A stretch of DNA of 64,000 nt from Octopus sinensis (Eukaryota), in contig NC_043022.1 of the NCBI RefSeq assembly GCF_006345805.1, forward strand, positions 19,344,001 through 19,408,000, given 5' to 3'. Position numbers and translations under genes: made by a program. Under the pieces are notes generated by a model. That model saw only the letters and a list, made by a program, of their open reading frames with translations. It did not search any database and had not been told where the DNA came from. The stretch's first letter is position 1. Each line of letters begins with the position of its first letter. This document shows positions 35,838 through 49,503 of this stretch, one piece after another.

Positions 35838-37510
35838 GGAAAGCAGAGTTCTGCAATATGCCGATAACTGCCAAAGAGATATTGGACGCGATGAAGAGCT
35901 GTACGAAGGAGAATTCTCCTGGGCTGGATGGTCTGCCTTTTGAGCTTTATCTTCATATACCAGGCATCTTTGGTGACCTCTTGGCAAATGTCTATCGCAA
36001 CCGTCAGCTGAGCGGAAGAATACCCAGTGCAGTCTGTGAGCCATCGCTGAGAAAGGAACAGAGCGAGAGAGACAATATAAATAAATTAAGCCCATAATCT
36101 ACTGAACGCAAATTATCAGATTTTGGCCAAGTTGTTAGCATAAAGGATGGCATGTGCTGTCGATAAACTGGTCGACGACGCGCAGACATGCACTATTCCA
36201 AACATGCACGGCAACGTTCATCTCATACGCAACATCATAGAGAAGGTAGGGAAGGAACCTGGTTTGGGTTGAGCTCTGAATAATTTGGATCAGTCAAAAG
36301 CTTTTGGTAGAGTCGACCATCAACGCTTGGAGGTTGTTCTCGCCGCGGCCAGTTTCGGTTCTATATTCAGAAACTGGATCGCTGCAATGCACAGCAACAT
36401 CTTTTCGGTAGTCAAAGTAAATGGACACCTACTTAGTATCGTTCGTTCGGTCCGTTAAGGAAACCAACTCTCATCTTTTCTATGCGTGCTTGCTCTCGAA
36501 CCGTTATTAATGAAGATGGCTGTTTCGAGGGGCATCCTGTCTGAAATAGGGTGCAGAAGATTCGTGTCGGCTTATGTGGACCACGTACCTGTGATAGAGT
36601 CGAACAGCTCGGACATCGAAGTGATCGGCACAACGTAAGCGAGTACGAATTAATCAGGACAAGTCGGTGAGCCGGCAGCTCGGCATCTGAAGAGATAGAT
36701 CCATGCCAACCGACTGCGTTGTAGAGCGCTGGACGGAAGGACCAGTTGAAATGCTCGGGGTCTGGATTGGTTCGGACCTTCAGATGAACAAGAACTATGG
36801 GGAGAGGAGTCAAACAGTGCGGCCTGCCTCACCTAAAATTGTGCACTGCAGAAATCGAGCCTGAAGAGCCGGGGAGATGGCGAATGCGTACATCGCTTCT
36901 CTCATCTACTATCACCTGACCCTCGTATATTGCTCTGCTCTGTAGCTGATGAACCTGGAGCACTTGCTCCTTCAGTTTCTGTGAGTTGAGGACTGGGCAT
37001 GCCATGGCTAATGATGCGCAGACATGCGCTGAAACTGCGATATCTCCAACGCTTCCTTGACGTTGAACAGGTGTGGTCGCCGTTTTCCAGACAGGATTAT
37101 ACGCAGCTCATCTCTTGACTAAGCTACAGTCTTGGGTCAAGCATAGACCAAGAGAGGGAGCTTCTCACCAGGAGTGTCGGCAATTGATGACACCCAGTCG
37201 AGTAATGCGGTCGGTGAAAGTTCCACATTAGATTGGCAGTTAGGTGCGTGACGTCGTGTGGGAAACTCTGGGCGTTGGAAGGGATCTATTAACTGGTCTT
37301 TCGGGATGACTTTTGAAACGGGACCGAGGATAATTTTCAAACATCCCTAGCACAGCAGTTCAACTGGGAGGGTCTGCTCTACAGATACGGAAGTGCTGTC
37401 AGATGGACTTGTCTAATGTGTGAGCAGCGTGATGAAACCGTTCTGCGTGCAGTCATCCAGTGTCCGGGAATTGCTGACTTGTGGAGCTTTGTCGAACGCA
37501 TGTAAGATGG
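35838..37510 (+). mobile_element. L1/Tx1-like RT relic, same family as 29040-31060
   Basis: PITAKEILDAMKSC..SPGLDGLPFELY; NLDQSKAFGRVDH; a SAYVDHV (YADD-like) segment; many stops. Confidence 0.85.
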
Positions 37511-37710
37511 ATCCAGTTATTGGCCCAGGGATAAAGAGGAACAACAGCAATGAAAACAATAAAACTTATCTACATCATTCTTTTCCCCTATCTTGATTTA
37601 ATATTCTTTATCGATGTGTTTTTTTTTTCACTGTTCTACTTAGTTATTTCGCTATAAACATGTAGGGACCCGTCTTTTTATTGAATATCTCGATAAATTT
37701 CTCTTTATAG

Positions 37711-37799
37711 AGAAGCTGGTACCGTCTCTGCGTATGAATGCTAGCGTCACAGACTTATTAAGATTCTCGCAGGAACACACAGAAGGTTTTGAAATACAA
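37711..37799 (+). CDS. Gene B exon 5, inter-repeat linker
   Basis: tctctttatag|(E)KLVPSLRMNASVTDLLRFSQEHTEGFEIQ|gtaaga; phase 1/0 exactly bridges the corrected exon 4 and exon 6. Confidence 0.6.
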
Positions 37800-38884
37800 G
37801 TAAGATGTTATTTCTTTATAAGGTACCTTAGAAGAAATCCACTGCTTCCATTTGATCTCAACTCGCCTGAGATCACCCTTGTTATGATAAAAAACTTTTT
37901 TGTTTTTAAGTGATCTAAATAAAGATTATTTTCGATTAGGGAAAAGTTTTCGCATAAAAATAATATCGTGTATAACAAAACGATTTACTGAACGAATTGT
38001 ATATTGTAACTACGAGTGGTATTGCAGGAGGGAGAAAAACCACATTTTCCTTCCTGGTTTCGCTGTCATTCTGCTTATTAAAAGAATATATAGATAAATT
38101 AAGCAGACAATTGAGAAATTCTTGACCAACAAATTGACTACTATCAATTATTATTTTTTAATACGAAACTTCTTTATCCCATCTAACAGCCGTTTCTGAT
38201 TCCAATAATATTCGTAGATTTCTATAACACATCCGATCTGGAATATAGAGCTTCATCAGAGTGAAAAAAATACATATAATAAAAGAAAAGAAAAGAGCCT
38301 CGAAAGGAGGAATAGATGCTTAATATATTTGAATCATACCGTTTTGCAGTGTAACGCTTCTGGTCATTGAGTAAAAGACTAAACTAGAAAATTAATTGGT
38401 GGGTTAATATTTCTTTGGGGATAACAGGGTGTGTTAATAATAAGAAGTAAGATACGTCTAGGAAAAGAATAGTACTTAAGATTTCGTCAATATTACTAAT
38501 TAATAATTATCCAAATAACATGCCCATGAATCAATTACGTTTATATACTTACTGATATATTGTAAAGGCCAACCACTTATTGTCCGTAATGGGATTGACC
38601 GAAATCCAGCCATCAATATAATCCGTCAGTTAAATTTAAAAGCCAAAGGACAATCTATTAAGACCGTTTAGGGGTAGATGTAAATAGAGAAGTAAATAAA
38701 AAGTAAAAGTATTGAGGAGCAGTATATGTTATAAGTGGGCCAAGACCGCTTATGACATTATAAATAAACCAACTGAACATGTAAACAAGCACCGTGCGAA
38801 AGAAGGCTCCATGATTAAGGTGGGAGTACCGTTAAGGGGAGGTAATGTTTAGGGCATTGACCTTCACTTATAGATTAAGCAAAA

Positions 38885-39810
38885 ATGCTCGGGGATTTCA
38901 CTGCAAGAGTGGGAATTGAAACAGACTATGGGAGAATGTTATTAACAAAGAAGGAGTCGAAAACTACAGTGAAAATGGATTCTCGCTCCTTGGGCTGTGC
39001 GCTGAGCACTCTCCTCATCACCAACCCCCAATTTCGACTCCCAAATCACTTCAAGACGTTCTGGAAGCACCCCAGGTCGAAACACTATCACCTCTCGATC
39101 ATCTACTACAGGGAAAATGTTTGCAAGGCTCTGGATCGTTTCCAAGTCATCGCGGAGGAAATCCGACCCGAATCCCAATGTGGATTTCGATCATCGAGAG
39201 GGACAACTGATATGAACTTTTGTGCACGGCAAATACAAGAAAAGAGTAGAGAAAACAAAAACCTCTCTATTTTCGGTTCTACTACCTCGAAAATGCCTTT
39301 GATACCGTCCCATCGCCTACAACAATGTGAAAGGTCCTCCCACATCTCAGCTGTTCCGATGAGTTCGTTTCCCTAATACAGGGATTACATGATGCTATGA
39401 CTGAAACCATCTTTCATCAAAATCAACTGTCTGAAGACTTCCCTAACACGGGAGGATTAAAACAATGATACATTTTGGCCCTGACTCTCTTCTCCCTGTA
39501 CATCCAGACAATCGAGAAGTCATCATTAGGTACCGATATGATGGTGGAACATGTTTCAACTTTGCAAGATTGAAGTTACGAAGACTAACCAGGAGGCAAA
39601 TGAGTGGTATCAGTATGCTGATAACAACGCAGCGGTCTGCCACTCTAGTGAACAGCTTCAAAAATCGGTGGATAGCTTCACCAATGCTTACACTCGGTTT
39701 GGCCTAAAAGTCATTATTAAAAAGACAAAAATCCTGGCACAACCTGTTCTGAAACTCCCGGCCACAACACTACCATCACAGAGAGGCCACTGGAGAAAGT
39801 TTCATACCTA
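38885..39810 (+). mobile_element. RTE-clade LINE relic with internal deletions
   Basis: LGDFTARVG; LITN..KTFWKHPRSKHYHL; PESQCGFRSSRGTTDM..ARQIQEK; YADNNA..LQKSVDSF..FGLKV..KKTKIL. Confidence 0.85.
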
Positions 39811-40059
39811 AACTTAAATTTTATTATGTGGTTCATCAAGGTGGTCTCTATGCTAGCCCCTATTGCATGTACAGTAATTCTTTTCAACTGACGGTTGTCC
39901 TCATGGTCCTCGGAGGGTATGGTACAGCCACTACAGCGCTCTGTGGTGCTTTTCGTCGATGCCGAAGTGATGGTGGGTGGTCTTTCTCTCCCTCACCTGA
40001 TGGGATAGAAACTACTAAGGTCATGATTGTCTAAGTAATTACAGTCATATCTCAGTTTA

Positions 40060-40560
40060 AAGGAGAGGCCCTGTTCCCTCGTGTTCATTTCACGTAACTC
40101 TACTTCACTCTCAGATAATCTCAATGCAATTTTCCACAGCAAAATCTATGTCTATAGATGAGTAGAGTGAAGCTACATCCATACTACCCATTACATAATC
40201 AGTGAAGTTGTTGAAGTGGTTTCCACTTGATTCAACTGGGGAGATTTGTGCTCACACAGACATGCAGCCACATTTCAATGAATGATCGTAACACTCGTGA
40301 GAGGAAGTAGGATAACCAATATTTGCGGGAGATATTCGCTCCACTGGCAGGATTGGAGGCCCCCATAACAGGCTTTTCATAGGGTTTATGGTCTTTATGC
40401 AACCAGTATAACGAAGGAATATCGTTGTTGAATGCTTGGAAATTTTGTGCAGTCCGTTTCTTGGACTGTAGTATATTGCACCCCCCCCCATGTGTGTGCA
40501 TTGAGAAGTTTTTCCACTCTTTCATGTTCCTATGGGGCGACTTCGCTCAAGCTACTGATG
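40060..40560 (-). mobile_element. Penelope-like RT fragment (different subfamily)
   Basis: IPSLYWLHKDHKP..PVMGA and GSMDVASLYSSID (PLE motif A). Confidence 0.75.
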
Positions 40561-41223
40561 TGGGCTGTCTATCGACAGTCTGTAAGACTTGTTCGTAGGA
40601 AGTTACATTAATTCCTAATTCGCTCTTTTCGTTTTGTAGTTCTTTGACAACAGATGAACTGAGTCATATATAATTTAAGCAAGCATGAACTAAGAGAAGT
40701 CATTCAGAGTGGCCTATGCCATATTAATGAATAACATATACAAATACAGGAATATAAAATAGCATATGGCGTAAATTTTAGGTTTATTAAAATTATCTCT
40801 GCCCCTAGAGGATGTGTCATAATTAATAATATGAAATTAAAAACAGATCTAGTCGAGAGAGGAGGATAACGTCAAGAAGGAAGAGTTCTCCAGAGTTGAC
40901 ATACCATTAAGACAATGGACAGACATATTGTATAAGAGGAAGGCTGTAGACACATGTTTCTGCTTTAATAGGCGTCATCGTACCCTCAGGCACTAAGTGT
41001 CATTTTAATTTTTTTAATAGCAAGTCAGCTTTGGAGAATTACTTCCTTGAAATTATCTCTCATTTTTATATCGAGCTAAAATTTCTTAATTACCTTTGGC
41101 AGTTAAGATACATCCTTTTAAGCAGAAATAATTCTCATGCTGCCTGGTATGTGATATACATGTAATTGTGTATGTAAATGTGTGTGTATACATACATTTA
41201 TTCTTTATTTTTATTTATTTCAG

Positions 41224-41328
41224 GATAAGAAATATGGCGTTGGTCAGACAGTCAAGATAATTCATGATATTGAAAAAGTTAAAGAATATCAGGATGGACA
41301 TGGCGGGTGGATTGATTTCATGAAAACG
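41224..41328 (+). CDS. Gene B exon 6 (Mib repeat 3, first half)
   Basis: tatttcag|DKKYGVGQTVKIIHDIEKVKEYQDGHGGWIDFMKT|gtgagt; 105 nt, phase 0/0. Confidence 0.9.
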
Positions 41329-41583
41329 GTGAGTATATTTTAAAAATCGTGCAGAACCAGTTTTGTCATGATCTGGATGTTCTATAATATAGGACTTTCC
41401 GCTTGTGATCATTTTGGATTTTATTCGTGATGGTCACAGGTAGAACATCGAGACATGATATACTATCACACGCACATATACATGCACATTATACATTTAG
41501 ATGTTAATATGTATGTGCACACAGACGCATATCTATCTATCTGTCTATCCATCTATCTATCTATCTATCTATCTATCCATGTT

Positions 41584-41632
<49 letters not shown>

Positions 41633-41643
41633 ATCTATCTATG

Positions 41644-41696
<53 letters not shown>

Positions 41697-42205
41697 ATCT
41701 AAAATAAGAAGAAACATAGAAAACGTAATTAAGCATAACATCTTTATAACCTGTGCTCGATTCCAGCAGGCGATTGGCGAATTTACACAGAGATTGACAT
41801 GCTTCATTGATATTTGCTGCAAGATCTCCAATCACTTTGTGAAAATGTGTCAATCAGTTTGGGAAAACGCGAGTATGTTGTATAAAAATAAAAGGACCAA
41901 TTATGTTTTCTTCGTTTCTTCATACTGTATAACGTGGTTCTAACTCCACACCTTGCCAATGCGGCAACATGATGTTTATTTTGAAATGATGGGATATATG
42001 GGATCGGAGTGTAGAATTGTTAACTTTAAATCTTTTGGTTAGGTGTCATGTTTTTAGCACACTTTAAAATTATTACACACACAAATACATACACAGATAT
42101 AAACATATAAACACATAAACACATACACTCATATATAGAGAGAAACATGCACGTAGACGCACACACATGTATATACATGCACGTGCGTGCTTGCGAGAAC
42201 GCACA

Positions 42206-42241
<36 letters not shown>

Positions 42242-43199
42242 TGACATCCTTGAATTAAAATCACTCCAATTGCAACTGTTACAGCTTTTCCCTTTTTATA
42301 CATTCCTTTACACCATACCGCTTAAATTCATATTGATTTTAACCTTTTGAAATGAGATTAGATTAGACTTATATAAGACACAGCATGTTGTGTAAATTGG
42401 AAATGTACTCTTCAGCGATTGAAATGTCAAAGTGTATTCGTTCTGTTTGAGGAAAAGAAACATTAAGTGTCCAGACATGCGAACGATGGTTTGGTTAGTT
42501 TTTCTCGGGTAGGTTTTCGTTTGTAGATTCTCTTCAATCTGAACGACCAAATTCTGTCAATATTGAGCTGCTGAAAAACTTAGTTGAAGAAATTCCAAAG
42601 AAGCTGCAAGAATATTAGCAAAACATTTTAAATCACACGTCAGTCATAAATCACGTTCAAGAAACAGAAAATATGTCTCGACTATGTCAGTTAATTCTTT
42701 ATCTGACTACTTTTCAAATTCATCTGTTTCTTACGGAAGTGAGAATTTTCATAAGTAACGAAAAGTGAGTTCTCTAAAATCAACGAAAATGACACCTAAC
42801 GAAAGAGTAGAATCCGCTCCCTAAATCATAACTGCACTCGAAAAAAAAAAGCTATGCTCTGTGTTTGGTAGTATATGAAATGTGTCGATCATTACGAAGC
42901 ATTAAAGCAAAACAAATGAGTTAATGCGGAAACATATTGTAATCAATTAGATGTATAACACATAAATATGCAAGACAAAGCGTCGATCATTGATTATCAA
43001 CTTTTCTGATCATTGCAATATTATTTTGAGGGGAAACTGCTTAAAGAAGTTTAAAATGATATTGAGTGTTTCTTTGCTTCAAATCCTGAAGAATTTTGCA
43101 CCCGAAAGACCAACAATTTGACATATAAATGGAATTATGCTATCGATATTTGAGGTAGATAACAATTAGGACCACAGAAGTATTTGTTTCTTTCCCATT

Positions 43200-43600
43200 T
43201 TGAAATGGAAAAAACTTTCTTTCCTACTTTCACACAGACACAAACACCATTGTCAGCAGTTCGTCGTAGGTCGTTATTGACTCTTCTATTCAGGAATAAA
43301 ATGCCTTTGACGCTGAATAATGGAGTAGGCTTCGTCTCCCACCCAGCCATAAACCGCTTCGCTGGGCCTCCACGACAGGTACCAGATAGTGTACAAGAGT
43401 GCAACGCGCATGGTCGACAATAAGGCTGCTCTTCCTAATCGTTTTCGTATAGTACAGGTCATCCGCTTTGCCTCATTAAACTTCGAGCAATTTGTCTAGG
43501 ATTCATTCACCTCGTCGGTTACCTAACGTGGAGAGAGATAAGTGGTTGCTAGCAACTTCCTGAGGTCCAAGTCCCGTCTATAGACGGATGGGGTGACATT
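43200..43600 (-). mobile_element. Highly degraded LINE RT fragment (RTE-like)
   Basis: ..VEAQRSG..IEESITTYDELLTMVFV resembles E.Q.GFR..EK..EY..PL.M.FVD. Confidence 0.35.
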
Positions 43601-43616
43601 GTCTCTTCTGTGCATA

Positions 43617-43688
<72 letters not shown>

Positions 43689-44672
43689 TGTGTGTGTGTA
43701 TGTGTATATATGTATATACAGAGAGTTGAGTAGGTTAAAACTCGCCATCTGGAAAGATGCGGTTGCTATGGTGAGAAGAGTGATTTTTTTTATCGATTCA
43801 AGGGGGCTTTAAGCTCCTCCAGATTGACGCGATTGGCATCTAATCTAATCAATAAAATGAAGAAGGCGAACGTTGAAACAAATTGGATTTTTATGTAAAA
43901 AGGAGTCTAAATGAAGCTGGAAGAGGATTAAAATTTACAGGAGGGGGTAACTTGAGGTAAGGAATTGATTGGGAGACATTTTGGGGCGCTACAATGGTTG
44001 CTTTGCTCTGAAAACGGGGATTTTATTGATTTTGAGGGACACTTGGGGGTCTAGATTGGACAAATTTTGCCCGATTTCAATCAAATTTTCAACATGGTAA
44101 AGTGAAAGCAGATTTGTAATTTAAGCGCGGAAAATGGGTTCGAAATTTTGAAAATTAAGGCAAGAGTTTTGAAGTTGAAAAAACATTTCTCATTTTTACG
44201 TACTTTTGCCTTTTATTTTTTATTGTCTACAGTTTTCATTTTTTTTTTCTGAAAGAAATTTACTGCTGCATGTAGCCTGTGTTTAGAGCTTTCATTTGCA
44301 TGGTCCATCGTCGAAAAATTGCCAAAATAAGTACTAAATTTAACAAAGAAATCCCTTTTTTCTTATTTTTAATCGCTTAAATAGTGGCACATACGGAAGG
44401 CAAGTGTGCTTTCAGTTGTCACTACCTGATATTTATGATTGATCTTTCAAAATATTTCCTTTCTCAATTTACTCAACGTCTTTTGTTTTTTTGTATAAAT
44501 GGGAGATAGATAGATTGAGAAAGATAGAGAGTAAGAGAAAGCGAGGGAGAGTCCGAGAGACAGGAAGAGTAAGAGAGTGGGAAAGTGAGAGAGAAAGGAG
44601 AGAGACACAAAGAGGGAGAATGCGGTGATAAGAAACAGAAAGGAAGCAACAGAAAGCAACAACCACACCCTC

Positions 44673-44704
44673 ACCCGCGCGTAGAGCGGGTTACATTAAG
44701 CTAG
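44673..44704 (+). mobile_element. Helitron-type 3' terminus
   Basis: Hairpin acccgc..gcgggt followed by CTAG then T. Confidence 0.55.
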
Positions 44705-44844
44705 TTAATTATCAAAGGGGTAATCAGTCAATGCATAAAATAGAATGTATCATATTAGAAACTGTTGGCCTCATTTGATAAATTTGTTGTTATATTTTTT
44801 CGCATTGACCACATTTTATCCTTATATAATTATTTTGCTTGTAG

Positions 44845-44962
44845 ATATTAGGAAAAACCGTCGTAGTAAAGATGGTGTTACCGAACGCTGATTTACTTGT
44901 GTTGATGCCTGGAAGTATGTGGCACCTCAATCCTAAATGCTGTGAAAATGTCAGTGACTCTG
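44845..44962 (+). CDS. Gene B exon 7 (Mib repeat 3, second half)
   Basis: gcttgtag|ILGKTVVVKMVLPNADLLVLMPGSMWHLNPKCCENVSDS(G)|gtaagt; phase 0/1. Confidence 0.9.
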
Positions 44963-46059
44963 GTAAGTTTTATCAATCTTACTGCTCTCCAACCACATTT
45001 ACAAACTGAATTATTGTTAGGGAGATATCAAATAATATTTTTTCGGGATAGCTCTGTGTTACCAGTGGAGTGAGGTTTTATAGGTTGGCACATTCTGAAA
45101 TTCATATATACATTGTATTACAAGTTATTGTAAGATGAGATCAGGCGACGAGCAGGCAAAGTCGTTACATGTCGTACAAAATACTTAGCGACATTTCTTC
45201 TGAATCTTTATTTTCTAAATTGTACGCTACCGACGTCGACTTTACTTTTCATCATTTCTCAGCCTATAAAATAAGTGACAGATGGTCATTAAGGTCGATG
45301 AAATCGACCTTAATGACCTTCCAAATCTGCTGATCTTGTGACAAAATTCGAAAGGGTTATAAAGTAGGATTAAGCGGCAAGCTGGCAGAATCATTAGAGC
45401 GTCAGACCAAATGCTTAGCAGCAGTCTCGTTCATTAAGCTCTAAGTTCAAATACCACCGAAGTCCTTTGTCTCTCACATTCTAACGGGATCAATAGAAAT
45501 AGAGTACAACGAAATAAAGTATAATAGAAATGATATACAATGAAGTACCTGGATCCATGTAATCGACTAAACATGATGCTTTCAAATTATAGCATTCTAC
45601 AAAAATTTGAAGCAATTATTACAAGGCAGTGTAGTGGTATTACTTGAAGCTGCTAGATGTGCATGGTGGGTGTCAAAGCCTTTCTCCAAACGTTTATTCA
45701 GGGTCTAAAATTGTCCGACTTACGCCATCAGATGTTATGCTTGTTGAACGGATCACACACCCAATCATATTCATCATGAATATATATGTATATATAAGAA
45801 AAATTTATGAAATAGTGGAATACAGTAGTATTGCTTCCCAGTAAAATAGAGTACCATCAAATTACTATATATATTTATATATATATATAAATATATATTG
45901 AATGATTGATGGGGAAGATTGTGTGTCAACTTGAACCTTTATCTAGCACAACGTTAAGCCTGCTTTTTTCACTGCTCACTATTGGGTGGGGAACTACGTA
46001 ATGACTATGCTTCGCGTAGTGCAAAGACCCTCATCAGGTGACGTAATATGCTTCAAATG

Positions 46060-46340
46060 ATTTACATTTTGCTTAAAGTTGGATGCTGGTGGTATTATGG
46101 TATGTTGGTTGTTGTTCACACACATTGGTGTAATGAGGAAAATTGTGGTCAGGCAATAGTAGAAAAAAATACAAAGAAGTTAATGTAAAATTTTTTGTGT
46201 GTATGGGAATGTCTATAGAATTAGATGTGGTGATTTTTGGTGGCAGATTATGGCAGTCAAGCGCGACGATATGCTCAAGAATTTGGTGAGGACGTGATAC
46301 CCGTCTTTCGACTTGATGTCTGGTTACACATGGACCCGTT
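46060..46340 (-). mobile_element. Possible Penelope-like RT relic
   Basis: ILEHIVA..TSNSIDIPI..FLLLP..HYTNV weakly resembles RPIVA..LS..IDI.L..DFL..LP..LYTNIP. Confidence 0.35.
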
Positions 46341-46390
46341 TCTACACGCGCACGCACACACACACACACACATACACACACACACACACG

Positions 46391-46466
<76 letters not shown>

Positions 46467-46839
46467 TAATAGGAGATGTTTTGGTATCCAGAAGACCAAA
46501 AAATGTAGGTAAGGCTGTGTAAGTGCTACGGAAGGACCACTGTCAAGCTCGCAGTTCTTTAAGAGCATGAGTGAGGAGTCTAAGGCATTTCGTGTGAGAG
46601 CGTGTATATGTTAAATAATTGCTACTATTTTAACTCGTCTGTGATGAAGGAATATCAAATTGTCTTGGCCTTGTTATCATATTTTACTTAACACACACGC
46701 GCGAGCACACACACATATATATGTATATATATGTATATTTATGTATATACATATATATATATATACATGTGTGTGTGTGTGTGTGTGTGTGTATATCTGT
46801 GTGTGTGTGTATATGTGTATTCCACTTTGGTTATGCACG

Positions 46840-47132
46840 AAAATTAACTCAAATCAAATTTATTCTATAATTTCGGGCGAAATTCTTGATCCTGACATGC
46901 TGGTATCTCATATGGTTTATGGCCCTTGTGGTACTCAAACCCTCAGTCACCGTACATAAAAGAATGTAAATGTACCAAATTTTTTTTTACGAACTTTAGC
47001 CAGGAATTCAATTAGAAATGATTTCCCAGTACCTTCTGGGACATCGAAGTAATAAAGTTCTCCTATGTTACTGTTGATACTTTCTATGACAGTGGAATAT
47101 GCACGAAGTTGATCAGGTAGACCCACCGACAA
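46840..47132. mobile_element. Helitron RepHel fragments: Rep piece (+, 46840-46955) abutting a PIF1 helicase motif I piece (-, 46960-47132)
   Basis: IYSIISGEILDPD..HMVYGPCG (cf. IISAEIPDP..MIHGPCG); DQLRAYSTVIESI..YFDVPEGTGKSFLI..LAKVR (cf. FLDAPGGTGKTFLI). Confidence 0.8.
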
Positions 47133-47254
47133 ATCTGGAAATCCTGGAAAATGTCCTTTCCCGGAAATCTATCCCCGAAACTCTTGGTGGAATTGTAAAA
47201 CGTGCTTCCAGTAGTGAAACAAAGAATGTGCGAGAATTTATGCTATTTAATCTT

Positions 47255-47311
<57 letters not shown>

Positions 47312-47463
47312 TGAGTGTATTTTTACCTTGTTAACACTTTCCTGAAGAGAAGATTGCATTGTTTATACCATTTATTCTTTTCAATAGTATAAGTGGAATT
47401 TTCGAAACATGTGCCGAAAGTAAAAATATTTGATTTACACCTGCGTTAAACTCCATTTATTTA

Positions 47464-47565
<102 letters not shown>

Positions 47566-47822
47566 GTGTGTGTGTGTGTGTGTATATATACAAACATATA
47601 TTATATACTGCTTGTTCTTGTTTGGATTGACTATATATATGTTATATATATATATTATAGCAAAACACGACTGCTTGGAACTGCTCGAATACTCGAAAAA
47701 ATAAGTGATGTTACTATAGTCCACTGGTAGTGAACCGCTGACACTGTAGTACATCTCCAGCTTTCGAGGCTGTGCAAAGGCAATAATAATAATAATAATA
47801 ATAATTATTATTATTATTATTA

Positions 47823-47913
<91 letters not shown>

Positions 47914-47926
47914 GTTATTATTATTA

Positions 47927-48000
<74 letters not shown>

Positions 48001-48459
48001 GAGTGAGGGATCATTGTATACCATCAAAGTGCAAATATGCAACCTCACCGTTGTATATTTGACACCCGTTGCAATAGACTTAATAGTTGGCAGATATTCT
48101 GCCAACTCTTTCTGAATTTCAGTTTGAGAGAACACAGTGATGGTGTCGAAAGACTTGGAATACGTCCTCAACACCACCGTTCTCTCCTTGAAGTCTTTTA
48201 CCCACTGCTTGGGGGTACAATCTCCTACACCATCACAGTGTTTATCTTTTTTGCCATGCTTGCAGAAAAGAAAGGACAGTACAAAAAGTGTTCAAACAAA
48301 AAGGTCCAAACAATGTTCAAAAACAGACAAAACATGTTGTCTCTTGAGGTTTCTGTGTGAGACATGGAGCCAACTTGTACAAATGTAAAACAAAAGTCAA
48401 ACATAGAATAATAATAAGAAGAATAAAGTGCAGGGAACAAATAGGGTCTGCAAGTATAT

Positions 48460-49042
48460 GCAACAAATAGGCTGCAATAAAGGTGGAGCACTTTCAGAAA
48501 ACAGCACTGCTTGGAACCGCTCGAATACTCTGGATAATGCTCGGAAAATAAAAGGTGTTACCTTAGTTCACTGGTAGTAAATAGCTGACACCTTAGTACA
48601 TTTCCAGCGTTAAAAGCTGTGCAAAGGCAATAAAATAATAATAATAATACTTTTTTCTGGAGGTACAAGGCCCCAAAGCTTGTGGGGAGGGATTAAGTCG
48701 ATTACGGGTACTAATTTTATCGATCTGGGAAGGATGAAAGCCAAAGTCGACCTCGGCGGAATTTGAACTCAGAACGTAACGGCAAACGAAATACCTATTT
48801 CTTTACTACCCACAAAGGGCTAAACACAGAGAGGACAAACAAGGACAGACAAACGGATTAAGTCGATTACATCGACCCCAGTGCGTAACTGGTACTTAAT
48901 TTCTCGACCCCCGAAAAGATGCAAGGCAAAGTCGACCTCGGCGGAATTTGAACTCAGAACGAAACGACAGACGAAATACGGCTGCGCATTTCGCCCGGGG
49001 TGCTAACATTTCGACCAGCTCACCGCCTTAATAATAATAAAG

Positions 49043-49083
<41 letters not shown>

Positions 49084-49099
49084 GATGATGATGATGATA

Positions 49100-49140
<41 letters not shown>

Positions 49141-49319
49141 ATACATTCAGCAAATATGACACAAGTCAAAATTTACGTATGGAACAGAAAACGAAAAAGA
49201 AAATATATCTCCTGAATTTCGTACCTGCATGTTTGTACAATTGACACAAATGAAGATATAGATCACAAACGAAAGTGAGGAAATTGAGGGGCATCAACAC
49301 ACCCAACGCGTATTTGTTT

Positions 49320-49352
<33 letters not shown>

Positions 49353-49443
49353 TTGTGTTTGTGTGTGTGTCTTTGTACGTTAAAACATATTTTCCAGTAT
49401 TTTCCATTGTAGATCTCGAAGTATGGTTGTATATAAATGACTA

Positions 49444-49503
<60 letters not shown>

